This document shows positions 20,218-30,636 of a stretch of 64,000 nt of DNA, piece by piece. Under the pieces are notes generated by a model. That model saw only the letters and a list, made by a program, of their open reading frames with translations. It was not told the origin of the DNA and did not search any database. Within the stretch, counting starts at the first letter, position 1. Each line of letters starts with the position of its first letter. A program made the position numbers and the translations under genes. Location: positions 32,001 through 96,000 of the forward strand of contig CAWJEN010000003.1 in the NCBI GenBank assembly GCA_963841915.1, written 5' to 3'. The DNA comes from an uncultured Planctomycetota bacterium (GTDB taxonomy: Bacteria; Planctomycetota; Phycisphaerae; Tepidisphaerales; Tepidisphaeraceae).

Positions 20218-21054
20218 CTACCGCCTGCGACGCAGGAGTAGGCCGCCGAACGCGAGGGCCGCTGCGGAGGTGGGTTCGGGTACGACGCTGAAGTCGTAGG
20301 TGACGGTGATGTCACCCTGGTGACGCAGGTTGTTGTACTCGAGGAAGACGCCATAGTACGGGTCTTCGAAGAAACCGAAGTTGCCGGGTGGCGGGTTGTT
20401 GGGGTCGACGTCGGGGAAGTCGGGCTGCGTGTTGTAACCGCCGAACAGCTCGACGAGGCCGCCGAACACGGTGGTCAACGAGCCTTCGCCGGTGAGCGTT
20501 TCGATGAAGCTCAGCTCGATCGGCTCGCCATCGGAGGCGTAGGACGATGAGAAGGTGAAGAGACCTGAGTCAAAGCTTGTGGAAAAGCTGTCGGGGCCGG
20601 TGCCGTTGAAGCCGTCGCTGGGGGCAAAGCCGGGGCTGTAGACATCGCCGGCGGCGCCTGGCCCGAGGAAGGGCGGGCCGCTACCACCGTCATCGTCATC
20701 ATCGTCGTCCCCGCCGCCGTCATCGACGGTGCCGAGCTGGTGAATCGAGCGATAGAGGATGTCGATGAAGAAATCACCCTCGGGAATGGCCACAGGTGAG
20801 TTCTGCTCGAGCAGGACGTCGAAGGTGACCCGCTGGTCGTAGGTGAGCGTCACGCCGTCAAGCGTGCGGGTGCCGTTCATCGTGTCGAACAGCTCGATCT
20901 CCGGAAATATCGGAGCTTGATTGATGAAGAAGTCGAAGGGAATGACCTGCGACTCAGAGTCGGCGGCGGCGGGCGCGACACAGGCGACGGCGGCGAGCAG
21001 AGCCGCGGCCGACGGTGCGACGCGGCGGAGCGAGACGGACGAATAAAGCGGCAT
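20218..21054 (-). CDS. PEP-CTERM sorting-domain protein
   Basis: Signal peptide; C-terminus VPEPTSAAALAFGGLLLRRRR; AGGAGA RBS. Confidence 0.88.
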   Translation of the reverse strand: MPLYSSVSLRRVAPSAAALLAAVACVAPAAADSESQVIPFDFFINQAPIFPEIELFDTMNGTRTLDGVTLTYDQRVTFDVLLEQNSPVAIPEGDFFIDILYRSIHQLGTVDDGGGDDDDDDDGGSGPPFLGPGAAGDVYSPGFAPSDGFNGTGPDSFSTSFDSGLFTFSSSYASDGEPIELSFIETLTGEGSLTTVFGGLVELFGGYNTQPDFPDVDPNNPPPGNFGFFEDPYYGVFLEYNNLRHQGDITVTYDFSVVPEPTSAAALAFGGLLLRRRR

Positions 21055-21159
21055 GTTGATTCTCCTGATGTTGCGTGTGGATCGGCCGAGTCGGCGGCCT
21101 TGGCGGGGTCGGTGTCGCAGCAACCTAGCAGGTCGGGCGACGACTGAAAGCGGATTCTG

Positions 21160-21179
21160 GAAAATCTCCAAAGATTTTC
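21160..21179. promoter_or_regulatory. Putative operator (inverted repeat) in divergent intergenic region
   Basis: GAAAATCT-CCAA-AGATTTTC, an AT-rich dyad in GC-rich DNA. Confidence 0.45.
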
Positions 21180-21221
21180 TGCACGGGTTGCGACTCAATG
21201 GCCTGCCGGTAGGATGAGGCC

Positions 21222-22451
21222 ATGTCCGTACGGGCCGAGACTTCGACCGCCGACTTCGTTCCCGCCGCCGAGCGGGCGATCAGGCGGTCGCAACGGGCGC
21301 TTCGCGCCGTAATGGACGACGCCGGCCTGGAAGACGCGCGGGCGGTCGACTTGGCCCGCACGCTCAAGCTGGACAAGACGCTGGCGTGGAAGGTGGCACG
21401 CTTCACCATCGATGCCGACCCGCAGGAGGCGTTTCGACATTTACCCGGTCGCGGCGGCATGGAGCTGGTCGTCACCGCCGCCAAAAAGCTCGGCATTGCG
21501 TCGGGTCGACTCGAAGAAGCCCGCAAAGCAGACCGTGACCTACGCGGCCTCGTTCGCCTGCACGCGGGTGATCGGCGGACATTCGAAGCCATGCTTGCCG
21601 GCGTCCGACCCGACGCGGCGGCGGAGCTCGAGGAGCGAAAGGCCTATTTCAAGTCGGGCTCAGCCATCTGGGGCGTACGGGCCCACGCCCAGGTGCTGAC
21701 GCTTGCCCTCAAGCCGGCCGACGACGCGCCCGACAAGCTTGACTGCATTTCGCTGTCCGGTTTCGTGCGTCTGGAACGACTGCGGTCGGACGTGCCCTGG
21801 GTGGTGCGGCGGCTTCGGACGCACGCCGATGACGGGACGGCGTACGAGCCCTTTGAACGGGTGCCGCTCGATGCGGCAGGGGCTGCGTCTGCGGGTTCGG
21901 GCGAGCGGCCGCTGGCACTGATGGCCGACTATTGCTCGCAGCCGCTTCCGACGATTCGCCAGCGCATGGCCGACAACGGCTGGCTGTACGACGAGATCGC
22001 GCCCGGCGACGTCGGTCGGCCCGGCGCGGTGACAGTGGTGTCCGGTGAGCGGTATCGGCACGCGCTGCCACGGCATCGTTCGGCAGACAACACTGAAGGG
22101 CGGTACGTGCTGACGGTGCGGACGCCTCTGGAGCGGGTGCAGCTTGATCTGCTGTTGCACCCGAGCCTGACGAACTTTCGCTGGCCCAGCGTGACGGTGA
22201 CGGGGAACCTGGAGGAACGGGCCAGCAGCGAGCGGGCACCCGGGCGTGAGTTGTTCCCGGTGCGACCGGCCGAGGCGGTGACGCCGGGGTCGGCGTCGTT
22301 CGATGCAAACCTGCTGGACTTGCGGCAATTGCTGCCCGACGCTTTCGAACGCGGCGGGTTCGGCGACGTGTCGAGCTATCGGGGCTTTCGGGCGACGGTC
22401 GAGTATCCGCCTTCGCCTTGCGAGGTGATGGTGACGTCGGAGCTTGCGTAA
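21222..22451 (+). CDS. Hypothetical protein, possible N-terminal helix-turn-helix
   Basis: 409-aa ORF with host-like codon usage; RAVDLARTLKLDKTLAWKV is HTH-like. Confidence 0.7.
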   Translation: MSVRAETSTADFVPAAERAIRRSQRALRAVMDDAGLEDARAVDLARTLKLDKTLAWKVARFTIDADPQEAFRHLPGRGGMELVVTAAKKLGIASGRLEEARKADRDLRGLVRLHAGDRRTFEAMLAGVRPDAAAELEERKAYFKSGSAIWGVRAHAQVLTLALKPADDAPDKLDCISLSGFVRLERLRSDVPWVVRRLRTHADDGTAYEPFERVPLDAAGAASAGSGERPLALMADYCSQPLPTIRQRMADNGWLYDEIAPGDVGRPGAVTVVSGERYRHALPRHRSADNTEGRYVLTVRTPLERVQLDLLLHPSLTNFRWPSVTVTGNLEERASSERAPGRELFPVRPAEAVTPGSASFDANLLDLRQLLPDAFERGGFGDVSSYRGFRATVEYPPSPCEVMVTSELA

Positions 22452-22599
22452 TGGCGGCCGCGGCGGCGCACCAGGATTTGGTGCGCACATTGACGTCGTG
22501 CGGACGACACAGTGTTGCCGTTTGTGGCACAGGGCATGTCTCGTGCTGTAGAAAATCCCGCTTGGCAGACGGACCGCCGACGCACAAGTGAGGGCAGAA

Positions 22600-22615
22600 T
22601 GTTCCACGTGGAACA
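22600..22615. promoter_or_regulatory. parS: parS site, copy 3
   Basis: TGTTCCACGTGGAACA. Confidence 0.88.
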
Positions 22616-22665
22616 ATCGCCGGCGGTGGAATGGTGGCTGAGAGCGTGTGGCGAGGGTCGGCCGA

Positions 22666-22681
22666 TGTTCCACGTGGAACA
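22666..22681. promoter_or_regulatory. parS: parS site, copy 4
   Basis: TGTTCCACGTGGAACA, 66 bp after copy 3. Confidence 0.88.
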
Positions 22682-22728
22682 TTGGCCCCGCCACCGACGC
22701 CCAAACCCAAGGCGGCCGCCGCGGCGCA

Positions 22729-24570
22729 TCATTTTGGAGGCGTTTTGCCGTTCTTGATCGGGTCGGCGATTGTCGGCTCTGGCTCGGCGTCGAGCACGTC
22801 GGCCAGCTTGCCTTGGATGCGGTCGACGAGCTGTTTGGCCTCGGGTGGCAGGCTCTTCAGGAAGCCGTCGGCCGCGTTGCCCATTGTGGCGGCGGTCATG
22901 AAGCGGCTCGACATTTTGGCCATCGTCTCCGGGTCGCCGAAGATCTGCATGTTCGCCTTCGACAGCATTTGCCCCAGCGACGCTGCGGCGGCGATACGCA
23001 CGTCCTTGTCCGCGGCGATCCGCAGCTTGTCGATCTCAAAGTTGAGGGCCGCTTCCTCAAATTCGCTCTTGTTGGCCAGCTCCTGACGCTCGACCTCGAC
23101 GCGATCCCGCTCGACGTCGACACGCTCCCGCTCGATCTGCACGTCGACACTCTTGCGGGCACGATCACCCTCGGCCCGCTTCATCTCCGCGCTTGCATCG
23201 GCCTCTGCCAGACGCAGCTTGGCCGCCGCCTGCGCTTCGGCAGACTGCTTCTCGGCATCCGCCTTCTTGATCACCCGGAATGCGTCGACCTCGGCCTCGG
23301 TCTGCTCACGGATGCGGCTCTCATCGATAATCTGCTGGGCGGCGATGAGCTTCTGGGCGGCTTCGCGGTCGGCCTGGCTCTTGACCTCCACGGTCAGCAC
23401 GTCCTGCCGGGCCTGTTCCTTCTCGGCCTCGGCTTCGAGTGCACGCGCCTGCGCGGTGGCCCGTTCCTGCTCCTGCTCGGCAATGGCAGCTTCACGACGC
23501 CGCTGGGCGACCTCAATCGCCTGCTGCTTGGCCACCTCTGCCGTTTCCTGCTCCTGGAGCTTCTCGATGAGGGCAACCCGCTTGGCAACCTCCGCCTGCT
23601 CGACGGCGAGCGTGCGACGCACCTCCGCTTCCTCGATCTCCTGCTGACGCTCGATGTCGCGACGGTTGACGGCCTCTTCCTGGGCGATGCGGAACTCTTC
23701 CTGCTCACGCTTGCGACCCGCCTGCACGTTGGCGACCTTCGTCCGCTGGTCAGCCTCGAACTCTGCCTGATCCCGCTGCAGTTCGAGCACCTGCTTACGG
23801 GTGGCCACGTCCTTCATCGTGATCTCCTGCTCGCTCTGACGCTCGATCTCGTTCCGCTGGACCTTGGCCCGTTGGGTGATCTCTGCGATCTTGCGGAGGC
23901 CCTGGGCGTCGAAGACGTTGCGCTCCTGGAGCTGCGACGGGTCGGTCTGGTCGAGCGCACTAATTGTCACAGACTCGAGCGTCAGGCCGTTGCTGGCGAG
24001 GTCGTGCGTGACGATCGCCTGCACCTTGCCGGCGAATTCGTCGCGCTTGCTGTGCAATTCGACCAGTTCCTGCGTGGCTGCGACGGTGCGAAGGGCACTG
24101 ACGAGCTTTTCCTGAACAAGCTCGCTGACGCTGCCGGGCGTGATTGAACGTTCGCCGAGCGAGCGTGAAGCGTTGAGGATGTCGTCGCTGTTGGCCTGGA
24201 CCTTGATGTAGAACTCTGCCGACAGGTCGACGCGCAGGTTGTCCTTTGTGATGAGCGCGTGCGTGCCGCGCCGCTCGACGTTGAGGCGCATCGTCTCGAG
24301 GGAGACAGGGATGACCTGGTGGACGACGGGCAGGACGATGGTGCCGCCGTCCTTGACGACGCGAGCACCACCCATACCGGTGCGGACGAAGGCCATGTTG
24401 GCCGACGCTTTGTGGTAGAGCTTCGTGATGACGGCTGCGACGGCTGCGGCGATGAGCAGCAGCAGGCCCAGGCCGCTGAGGCCGATCTGCACCGTCGAGG
24501 CCATCTCAGGCAGGAACCACGGGCCGACCGCCAGGACGGCACCGACGATGAGCATTACAAAGAGAACCAT
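22729..24570 (-). CDS. Flotillin-family SPFH protein (YqiK-like)
   Basis: TM helices, AFVRTGMGG, LITKDNLRVD, NGLTLESVTISALDQT, long AE-rich coiled coil. Confidence 0.9.
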   Translation of the reverse strand: MVLFVMLIVGAVLAVGPWFLPEMASTVQIGLSGLGLLLLIAAAVAAVITKLYHKASANMAFVRTGMGGARVVKDGGTIVLPVVHQVIPVSLETMRLNVERRGTHALITKDNLRVDLSAEFYIKVQANSDDILNASRSLGERSITPGSVSELVQEKLVSALRTVAATQELVELHSKRDEFAGKVQAIVTHDLASNGLTLESVTISALDQTDPSQLQERNVFDAQGLRKIAEITQRAKVQRNEIERQSEQEITMKDVATRKQVLELQRDQAEFEADQRTKVANVQAGRKREQEEFRIAQEEAVNRRDIERQQEIEEAEVRRTLAVEQAEVAKRVALIEKLQEQETAEVAKQQAIEVAQRRREAAIAEQEQERATAQARALEAEAEKEQARQDVLTVEVKSQADREAAQKLIAAQQIIDESRIREQTEAEVDAFRVIKKADAEKQSAEAQAAAKLRLAEADASAEMKRAEGDRARKSVDVQIERERVDVERDRVEVERQELANKSEFEEAALNFEIDKLRIAADKDVRIAAAASLGQMLSKANMQIFGDPETMAKMSSRFMTAATMGNAADGFLKSLPPEAKQLVDRIQGKLADVLDAEPEPTIADPIKNGKTPPK

Positions 24571-24604
24571 ATTGAGCTAGTAACAGGAGATGAGAAAAAA
24601 GAGG

Positions 24605-25303
24605 TTAGAAGTCGAGCTGTTTGACCAGGAATGAGCCGTCGCGGTAGTCGACGAGCACGACCTCGCTGCCGGCGGCGATGGGTTTGAGCGAGCGGGCGGC
24701 AACCTGATACCGGTCGCCACCGGCGTCGCTCACCGTTACCGTGCCGCTGTCGGCAGAGACGGCGAACACGACCGTCGCCCGACTACCGACGAGGGCGGCA
24801 ACCGGGCGGGCGCTCGACTCGTTGAGCGGCATATACCGGGCGATGAGCTGGCTGACGCCGCTCGTAATGGCAAAGGCGAGCACGAATGCAATTGGCAGGG
24901 CGACGAAGAAGCCGTTGACGCCCAGTGAATCTCGCAGAAGCTGGTTCGTCGCAAAGCCGACGAGGCCAAACGTCAGGCAAAGGACCATCAGCACGATCGA
25001 CAACGGCACGCGGCCGACACCAAGCCACGTCAGCGACGCGAGCAGGCCGTGGGCCTGGCCGACGTCGCTGTCGGCACCAATGTCAGGCCGGGCGACGGCG
25101 TGATCGGCGTCTGCATCAGCGTTCAGATCCCAATCTGCGTCGACATCAACGTCTACCTCGACGTCTGCATCGGCACCGACGTCGACATCAGCGTCGCCAA
25201 AGGTCCACCCGCTCAGGGCGTAGGCGAACAGGTACGCCAGCGCCAACCCGAGCGGCACGAGGAAGACGAGATTGTTCCACCCCAGCAGCCACGCGACGCT
25301 CAT
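24605..25303 (-). CDS. YqiJ/NfeD-like membrane protein with C-terminal OB fold
   Basis: DADVD repeats, WLGVGRVPLSIVL, C-terminal beta domain; directly upstream of the flotillin. Confidence 0.82.
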   Translation of the reverse strand: MSVAWLLGWNNLVFLVPLGLALAYLFAYALSGWTFGDADVDVGADADVEVDVDVDADWDLNADADADHAVARPDIGADSDVGQAHGLLASLTWLGVGRVPLSIVLMVLCLTFGLVGFATNQLLRDSLGVNGFFVALPIAFVLAFAITSGVSQLIARYMPLNESSARPVAALVGSRATVVFAVSADSGTVTVSDAGGDRYQVAARSLKPIAAGSEVVLVDYRDGSFLVKQLDF

Positions 25304-25424
25304 GTCAGGGTCCCCAGGGCGATCATGGACTGCAGGCTAACAGAGATGTCAGCTCGACGACAACAAGACCGCCGCACGATAAAGCTCGTGCGGCGGCGTT
25401 CTCCCTTCCGGAATCGACGCCGGC

Positions 25425-26135
25425 TTACCGCCTGAAGCGTCGCATCAGCATCGGCAGCGCGAGCAGGAACGCTGTCGACGCTATAGCCGGCTCTGGCACG
25501 AGTACGACGATGCTGCCGCTGCTCATGTCCGGGGCCGTCCCGCCACTGAGACTGGCAAATCCCGGCGAGCCCATGGCCTCCGGTGGCAGGCCGAGAACGT
25601 TGCTGTAGTCATCGATGATGAACTCCCACGTCTCACCGGGGCTGAAGACATGGTCGCTCAGCACGCTCTCCGACAGGAGCGGCCGGTTGAGACCGACGTT
25701 GTCGATCTTGAAGGCGAGTCCCGCAGCACCGCCGCCGGCACCACCTGTTAAGTCCACAGCACCGCCGTCGTCATTCGACAAGAACGTCTGCGGCCCGGCG
25801 CCTGGGTCAGATGTCGAGTCGCCGACGTAGAACAGGTCGGTGAAGGCCCGGTCGGTCAAATTGGTCATCCGCACGATAACATTGGGCACCTGTGGGTTGT
25901 CAGAGCCGGGACAGGCCGCCTGATCGGTCACGGTCGAGCCTGCGAAGATGAGCTCATCCGGGTAGAGGGTTTCAAAAATCGAGCCGGTGCCGAGCTCGTC
26001 GACGATGCCTTGCTGGCCGTGGTTGTCACAGTCGGGGCCGTCGACGTAGAAGCCTTCGCGGGGCAGGGCGAAGGCACATTGAGCGAACGTCAACCCGGCA
26101 GTGCCGGCGATGACAAAGTACATGTGACGGAGCAT
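25425..26135 (-). CDS. PEP-CTERM sorting-domain protein
   Basis: Signal peptide; VPEPAIASTAFLLALPMLMRRFRR. Confidence 0.85.
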   Translation of the reverse strand: MLRHMYFVIAGTAGLTFAQCAFALPREGFYVDGPDCDNHGQQGIVDELGTGSIFETLYPDELIFAGSTVTDQAACPGSDNPQVPNVIVRMTNLTDRAFTDLFYVGDSTSDPGAGPQTFLSNDDGGAVDLTGGAGGGAAGLAFKIDNVGLNRPLLSESVLSDHVFSPGETWEFIIDDYSNVLGLPPEAMGSPGFASLSGGTAPDMSSGSIVVLVPEPAIASTAFLLALPMLMRRFRR

Positions 26136-26345
26136 GATGATTCTCTCTCGCCCGCATCGGAAGGACGATGGAGCGACAAAACGCAGTGACCTGTGCCCGC
26201 ATCACCGAGTGACGTGCGAGCGGGAAGATCCGACGCCGACGGCCACACGGCCAAGGGCGCTACAGCGGGAACGACACAGCGGTACGTCGACAGCAACAAC
26301 AGCCTGTCACGTTGCAAATTACCATCATTCGACAACGCGTCAATC

Positions 26346-27254
26346 CTATTGCGCCGTGTTGTTGTCTCCACCCGTGAGCAGGTCTGCCCATGCCCGCATC
26401 AGGCTCTCCGTGATCGTGCCGGGCGTCCCGTCGGCAATTTGTTCTTGCTCCAACTTTGTTACCGGCAGCACGCCCATCGCACTGTTCGTGACAAAGACCT
26501 CGTCGGCGGCGAGCAGCCGCTTGACGTTGATCGGCAGCCGCTGCACCTTTCGCTCACGCAGCACCCAACCCCTGACCGTGCCCGGCAGCACGCACGACCG
26601 CGGGTAAGGCGTCGACCGCTTCACCGCCTCATCCCTTAAGTCATCATTTGTCGGCGGCGTCACGATCATCCCAGCCTCGACGATGTAGACATTGCACACG
26701 CTGCCGCACTGCAGGAAGTTGTGGACGTCGAACCAGAGCGATTCGCCCGCACCACGCCTGGCCGCCTCGCGAAGGGCGGCGAATCGGCTGAAGTAGTCGA
26801 GCGTCTTGTGCCCTGACTGGATGTCGTACGGGTTGAGCTTGTGCTCGCTGTTGAGCACGGCTGTCATGCCCTTCTCCTGATACTCGGGCGGATAGATCGT
26901 CATGTCGCCCGCCGTCAGGAGCATTGTCGGGCGGTGAATCTCGCCGTGGAGCGGGTCTCGTTCGGTTCTGCCGCGGGTGACGGTGAGACGCATGCGGGCG
27001 TTGTGTAAGCCGTTGCGGGCGAGCAGGCCGCCACAGGCGATTGCAAGGTCTTTGTCGCTGACGGTGAGCGGCACGTGCAACGCCCCGCAAGAGTTGCGCA
27101 GCCGGGCCAGGTGGTCGTCGAGCATTAACACGCGTCCGCCGACGGCTCGCATGGTGGTAAAGACGCCCGCCCCGTGCAGGAAACCGCCGTCGCGAGGGTC
27201 GATGCGGGCTTCGTCTTCGGAAACGAAGGTGCCATTGAGCCAGACGTCTGCCAT
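26346..27254 (-). CDS. Class IV PLP aminotransferase (IlvE/PabC family)
   Basis: VWLNG, DGGFLHGAGVFTTMR, HLARL, HKTLDY, LPGTVRG, ADEVFVTNS. Confidence 0.9.
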   Translation of the reverse strand: MADVWLNGTFVSEDEARIDPRDGGFLHGAGVFTTMRAVGGRVLMLDDHLARLRNSCGALHVPLTVSDKDLAIACGGLLARNGLHNARMRLTVTRGRTERDPLHGEIHRPTMLLTAGDMTIYPPEYQEKGMTAVLNSEHKLNPYDIQSGHKTLDYFSRFAALREAARRGAGESLWFDVHNFLQCGSVCNVYIVEAGMIVTPPTNDDLRDEAVKRSTPYPRSCVLPGTVRGWVLRERKVQRLPINVKRLLAADEVFVTNSAMGVLPVTKLEQEQIADGTPGTITESLMRAWADLLTGGDNNTAQ

Positions 27255-27465
27255 GCCGCACCGTACGGGGACCGCAGGTAAAGGCAGATCGCGTGGCAGC
27301 GACAACTCCACGTCGTTGCGGCATCCTGCCGCACTGCCTGGGGCGCAGGACTGGAAGTCTCCGCGGCAAAATGCACTGACCCGCCCGAGCCGATACGGGG
27401 AATCGAACGGGGAACATCTTCACATGCCGGATCGCCGCGTGCTTCGCTCCTACCCTCGGCCGCAC

Positions 27466-29343
27466 ATGTCTGAAGCTCCACGCCGCGACGATCTTCGCAA
27501 CGTCGCCATCATCGCCCACGTCGATCACGGCAAAACCACGCTTGTCGATGCTCTGCTGCGTCAAAGCGGCAACTTTCGCGACACGCAGTTGTCCGACGAT
27601 CTTATCATGGACAGCAACCCGCTCGAAAGGGAACGGGGCATCACCATCCTGAGCAAAAACGTTGCGATTACCTACCGCGGCCAGGACGGTAAGGAGACGA
27701 AGATCAACCTCATCGACACGCCTGGCCACGCCGACTTCGGTGGTGAGGTCGAACGCGTCCTGAGCATGGCCGACGGCTGCTTCCTGCTCGTCGACGCTGC
27801 CGAAGGTCCGATGCCGCAGACACGTTTCGTGCTCGGAAAGGCGCTGGGCCTAGGGCTCAAGCCGATCGTCGTCATCAACAAAATTGACCGTCCGGACCGT
27901 CGGCCCGACGAGGTACTCAACGAGATCTTCGACCTCTTTGTCGAGCTCGACGCCGCCGATGATCAGCTCGACTTCCCGGTGCTCTACGCCTCAGGCCGAG
28001 ACGGCTGGGCGAGTGACGCCGTGGACAAGAAGGGCGAAGACATCCGTCCCATCTTCGAGGCCATTTTGGACCAGGTGCCCGGCCCTGAGGCTGATCGGGA
28101 CGGCCCGCTCCGGTTGCGGATTCAGACGCTGGCCTACAGCGAATACGTCGGCCGCATTGCCGTCGGGCGCGTCTGGGGCGGCAAGGTCAAGACGAACATG
28201 CCGATTAAAACGGTCGGCCGCGAAGGGGAGAAGGCCGGTCGGATTCAGCAGGTTCAGGTGTTTGAAGGCTTCGGCCGCAAAGATGTTGACGGTGCAGAAG
28301 CCGGTGACATCGTTGCGCTTGTCGGCCTGCCGGACGTCGAGATCGGCAACAGCGTTGTTGATCCACAGAACCCGTCTCCAATGCCGCCGCTCGAAATCGA
28401 GCCGCCGACGCTGACGATGACGTTCCGCGTCAACGACAGCCCCTTCGTCGGTAAGGATGGTGATCACGTCACCAGCCGCAAGATTCGCGATCGACTCCAC
28501 AAGGAGCTCGAGAGCAACGTTGCCCTTCAGGTTGAAGACACGGCCGACAATGACGCCATGCGGGTCAGCGGACGCGGCCTGATGCACCTGGGCATCCTCA
28601 TCGAAACGATGCGGCGTGAGGGCTACGAGTTGTCCGTCGGCAAGCCTGAGGTTGTCCTCAAGCGTGGCGAAGACGGCGTGTTGATGGAGCCTGTCGAGCA
28701 CCTCGTCGTCGACGTGCCGGAGGCCAACATGGGACCGGTCATGGAGATGGTCGGCCTGCGTCGTGGCACGCTCGAGAAGATGGACCAGCGCAGCGGCATC
28801 ACGCACCTGGAGTTCTCGATTCCCGCTCGCGGGCTCATCGGCTTGCGGACACGTTTGCTCACCGCCACCCAGGGCGAGGCGATCGTCCACCACAACTTCA
28901 GCGGCTACCAACCGGCGGCGAAGAACGATCCCGGCGGCCGAAGTGCGGGTGTGATGATCTCCAACATGGCTGGTAAAGCGACCGCGTACAAGATCAACGA
29001 GTTGCAGCAACGCGGCGTCTTGTTCGTCGCGCCGACTGACGAGGTCTACGAGGGCATGGTCGTCGGTGAGCACGCTCGTGAGAATGACATTGTCGTCAAC
29101 ATCACCGAAGCCAAGCAGCTGACGAACTTTCGCACCACCAGCAAGGATAACGCCGAGTATCTCAAGCCGGCTTGGAAGCCGACGGTGGAGCAGGCGCTGG
29201 AATACGTAGGCGAAGATGAGTACGTCGAGGTGACGCCTACCGGTGTCCGCCTTCGTAAGCAGATGCTCAAGGAGGCCGAGCGCAAGCGGCACGATCGTGG
29301 TAAGGCCAAGCGTGAAAAGGAAGCCGCCATGGCAATCGTCTAG
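27466..29343 (+). CDS. typA: Translational GTPase TypA/BipA
   Basis: RNVAIIAHVDHGKTTLVD, ERERGITILSKN, DTPGHADFGGEVERVL, SGRGLMHLGILIETMRREG. Confidence 0.97.
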   Translation: MSEAPRRDDLRNVAIIAHVDHGKTTLVDALLRQSGNFRDTQLSDDLIMDSNPLERERGITILSKNVAITYRGQDGKETKINLIDTPGHADFGGEVERVLSMADGCFLLVDAAEGPMPQTRFVLGKALGLGLKPIVVINKIDRPDRRPDEVLNEIFDLFVELDAADDQLDFPVLYASGRDGWASDAVDKKGEDIRPIFEAILDQVPGPEADRDGPLRLRIQTLAYSEYVGRIAVGRVWGGKVKTNMPIKTVGREGEKAGRIQQVQVFEGFGRKDVDGAEAGDIVALVGLPDVEIGNSVVDPQNPSPMPPLEIEPPTLTMTFRVNDSPFVGKDGDHVTSRKIRDRLHKELESNVALQVEDTADNDAMRVSGRGLMHLGILIETMRREGYELSVGKPEVVLKRGEDGVLMEPVEHLVVDVPEANMGPVMEMVGLRRGTLEKMDQRSGITHLEFSIPARGLIGLRTRLLTATQGEAIVHHNFSGYQPAAKNDPGGRSAGVMISNMAGKATAYKINELQQRGVLFVAPTDEVYEGMVVGEHARENDIVVNITEAKQLTNFRTTSKDNAEYLKPAWKPTVEQALEYVGEDEYVEVTPTGVRLRKQMLKEAERKRHDRGKAKREKEAAMAIV

Positions 29344-29369
29344 GCGGTCAGCCGCCGGGGGAGCCGACG

Positions 29370-30632
29370 ATGTACACAGTCTTCATTGATGTTCCCTTCG
29401 CCCGTCGGGGCGACAGGAAGGCGTGCGTCACCGGCGAGTGGGCAATTGCTTTGAAGCTGCTTCGTGACAGCTTTGGCGGCCGCTTCGGCCCGCTGCGGGT
29501 TGCCTCACCAGAGGTGCTGACTGATGACCCGTCCGCTTTTGATCAGGCACCGGCCGACCTCGACGAGAGGGAGGACGACATCCACTTCTTCTCGCTCGGG
29601 GCCAAATTCACGCGGGCCGTCGACTATTGGCGGCATCGAACTGACATAGAAGCTCGATGTGCAGCTGCCGTCGCTGAGGCGACGGTCGTGCATGCCGGCA
29701 TCAACGACGCCTTTCGACCATGGGCGCCGACAGGTGCACGCTTGGCCTTCAAAGCGGGCAAGCCCAGCGTCTTTGTCATCGACACCGACATCGTTCGGCA
29801 GAATCGCCAATTGTCCCGGGACAAGCCGCTGCCCGTGCGTCTCAAGCAAATGATCTATCGCCGGGTCCACCACCGCCAGGCCCAGCGCGGCGTCCGCGAA
29901 GCGACGATCGCGCTGCTGAAGGGGCAGGCGCTGATGGACGTTTACGCAGGCGGCATCGACCACGCTCGCAGCTTCTACAACACGTCTTACAGCGCGGCGG
30001 ACGTCGTGCAGCAGGGTGAACTCGATCGCAGGCTGAGCCTGCGTCGTTTGGGTGCCTCGACGTCACCACTGAGGGTCGTCTCCTTGGGTCGCCTTACCGC
30101 GCGGAAGGGCGTGGATCATTCGATTCGTGCAGTTCACGCAGCCGTCGAAGGAGGTGCGTCAGTAACGCTCGACATCATCGGCGACGGCGATGAGCGGGCG
30201 AACCTGGAGGCGCTTGTCGCAATGCTCGGGGCTGGCGATCATGTTCATTTTCTAGGGGCTCAGCCATACGGACCGAAGCTGCTGCAGTCGCTTCAGGCTT
30301 ACGACGCGTTCATTTATACACCGCTCGGCGAGGACACGGCTCGTGCGTATTTCGACGCATTATGTGCCGGCTTGGCCACCGTCTGCTACGACATCTCATA
30401 CACGCGAGACTTGGCAAGCGAGGCCAGGCAGCCCCGCACGGTGCCGCTGGGTGACGAAGCGGCGATGACGCGTTTGCTCAATGCGTTGGTGAATGATCCT
30501 GATCGTCTTGAAGCACACCGGCGTGCCGCCGCGGCGGCGGCGCTGCTCAACACGCACGAGCAGTGGTACGCCCGACGTGCCGTCTGGACAATCGAGGCCC
30601 ACGACCGCCACGTAGCCGCACGTAGATGTTGA
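29370..30632 (+). CDS. Glycosyltransferase, GT-B fold (GT4-like)
   Basis: SLGRLTARKG, LDIIGDGDER, VHFLG. Confidence 0.82.
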   Translation: MYTVFIDVPFARRGDRKACVTGEWAIALKLLRDSFGGRFGPLRVASPEVLTDDPSAFDQAPADLDEREDDIHFFSLGAKFTRAVDYWRHRTDIEARCAAAVAEATVVHAGINDAFRPWAPTGARLAFKAGKPSVFVIDTDIVRQNRQLSRDKPLPVRLKQMIYRRVHHRQAQRGVREATIALLKGQALMDVYAGGIDHARSFYNTSYSAADVVQQGELDRRLSLRRLGASTSPLRVVSLGRLTARKGVDHSIRAVHAAVEGGASVTLDIIGDGDERANLEALVAMLGAGDHVHFLGAQPYGPKLLQSLQAYDAFIYTPLGEDTARAYFDALCAGLATVCYDISYTRDLASEARQPRTVPLGDEAAMTRLLNALVNDPDRLEAHRRAAAAAALLNTHEQWYARRAVWTIEAHDRHVAARRC

Positions 30633-30636
30633 AGCG

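Noticed and set aside
22648..24147. Long antisense ORFs (e.g. 22648..24147, 10433..11746, 27991..29292, 48822..50375)
   Set aside because: Shadow frames of well-supported genes, as expected in high-GC DNA.
22729..25303. Flotillin plus YqiJ-like pair as a novel system
   Set aside because: This is a well-known conserved SPFH/NfeD-type gene pair.
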